Source: a virus
Lineage: Duplodnaviria; Caudoviricetes
IMG/VR virus record: IMGVR_UViG_3300005937_000011
Span: 7,347 to 71,346 of that record
Strand: one strand, 5' to 3'
Length of the DNA stretch: 64,000 nucleotides
The notes below the pieces were generated by a model that saw nothing but the letters and a program-made list of their open reading frames with translations, was not told the DNA's origin and did no database searches. How positions within the stretch are numbered: position 1 is the stretch's first letter; every line of letters starts with the position of its first letter. Both the position numbers and the translations under genes were made by a program. Below, piece by piece: positions 63,687-64,000 of this stretch.

Positions 63687-63766
63687 TCTTCAACACATTT
63701 GCGCAAATGTGGATTTTGGAATCCTTTTTCGCGCATGTGAATTCTTCAACACATTTGCGCAAATGT
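63687..63766. promoter_or_regulatory. Two copies of the palindrome ACATTTGCGCAAATGT within 24-bp direct repeats (operator-like)
   Basis: TCTTCAACACATTTGCGCAAATGT at 63687-63710 and 63743-63766. Confidence 0.65.
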
Positions 63767-64000
63767 TACACAAAAAACATTTGCCACTGAGATAGCCTGA
63801 TGCTCTCTAAATATATCGATGCCACATCTAACCGGAATACTATGTTCCTGTCCCTCTGCGCCCTGTTTGAGTACACTATGCTGAAACTAGAAAAGGCCTC
63901 GCGTGCTGAAACAGGCATTTGGGAAGCAACTCAGGCGACTCAGAGAGCAACAGGGACTGACCCAGGAACAACTTGCAGAAGCATCGGGGCTCTCTGATCA

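Larger units (their letters stand above)
1..64000. mobile_element. Tailed dsDNA bacteriophage or prophage (siphovirus-type) occupying the entire window
   Basis: Ordered terminase-portal-capsid-connector-tail-tape measure-lysis module, phage replication and nucleotide genes, dense overlapping small ORFs, no host genes. Confidence 0.95.

Noticed and set aside
63660-63770. Protelomerase (telRL) site of a linear phage-plasmid
   Set aside because: The outer inverted repeat is too imperfect, and the recombinase is much smaller than known protelomerases.
63144-63997. Short ORFs in the terminal AT-rich region (63144-63359, 63556-63795, 63800-63997)
   Set aside because: They have no convincing RBS or motifs and overlap palindromic regulatory elements.

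Overview
The whole 64 kb window is tailed-phage DNA with siphovirus-type organisation. I see no host housekeeping genes, rRNA, tRNA, IS elements or CRISPR array. The window starts inside a gene. Layout: (1) a rightward early block (1-4289) with a Sak4-like AAA ATPase; (2) a structured non-coding interval, a 340-aa tyrosine recombinase on the minus strand and a divergent HTH gene (4290-6725); (3) a long rightward late operon (about 6880-38761): terminase, portal, about 10 inserted small genes ending in an HslV-like protease, scaffold, capsid, connectors, two tail-tube paralogues, a -1 frameshifting chaperone, tape measure, a large tail-tip protein, a 49x14-aa repeat fibre, and a lysis region with an amidase, several membrane proteins and a papain-like protease; (4) a long leftward block (38807-63072) with ThyX/Tmk/Dcd, C5 methyltransferase, several HNH nucleases, primase and helicase, and many small genes; (5) a palindrome-rich control region (63073-64000). 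The main hypothesis is a Cre/lox-like system: the recombinase has the Cre-type QAGGW motif and a perfect 13-8-13 bp inverted repeat lies at 63177-63210. Other leads are iteron-like repeats inside the helicase gene, an sRNA locus beside the recombinase, an orphan NarX/PilJ-like sensor module, and a ubiquitin-like small protein. All family assignments come from motif recognition by eye; no searches were run. A monoderm host (perhaps Chloroflexota) is only a guess.
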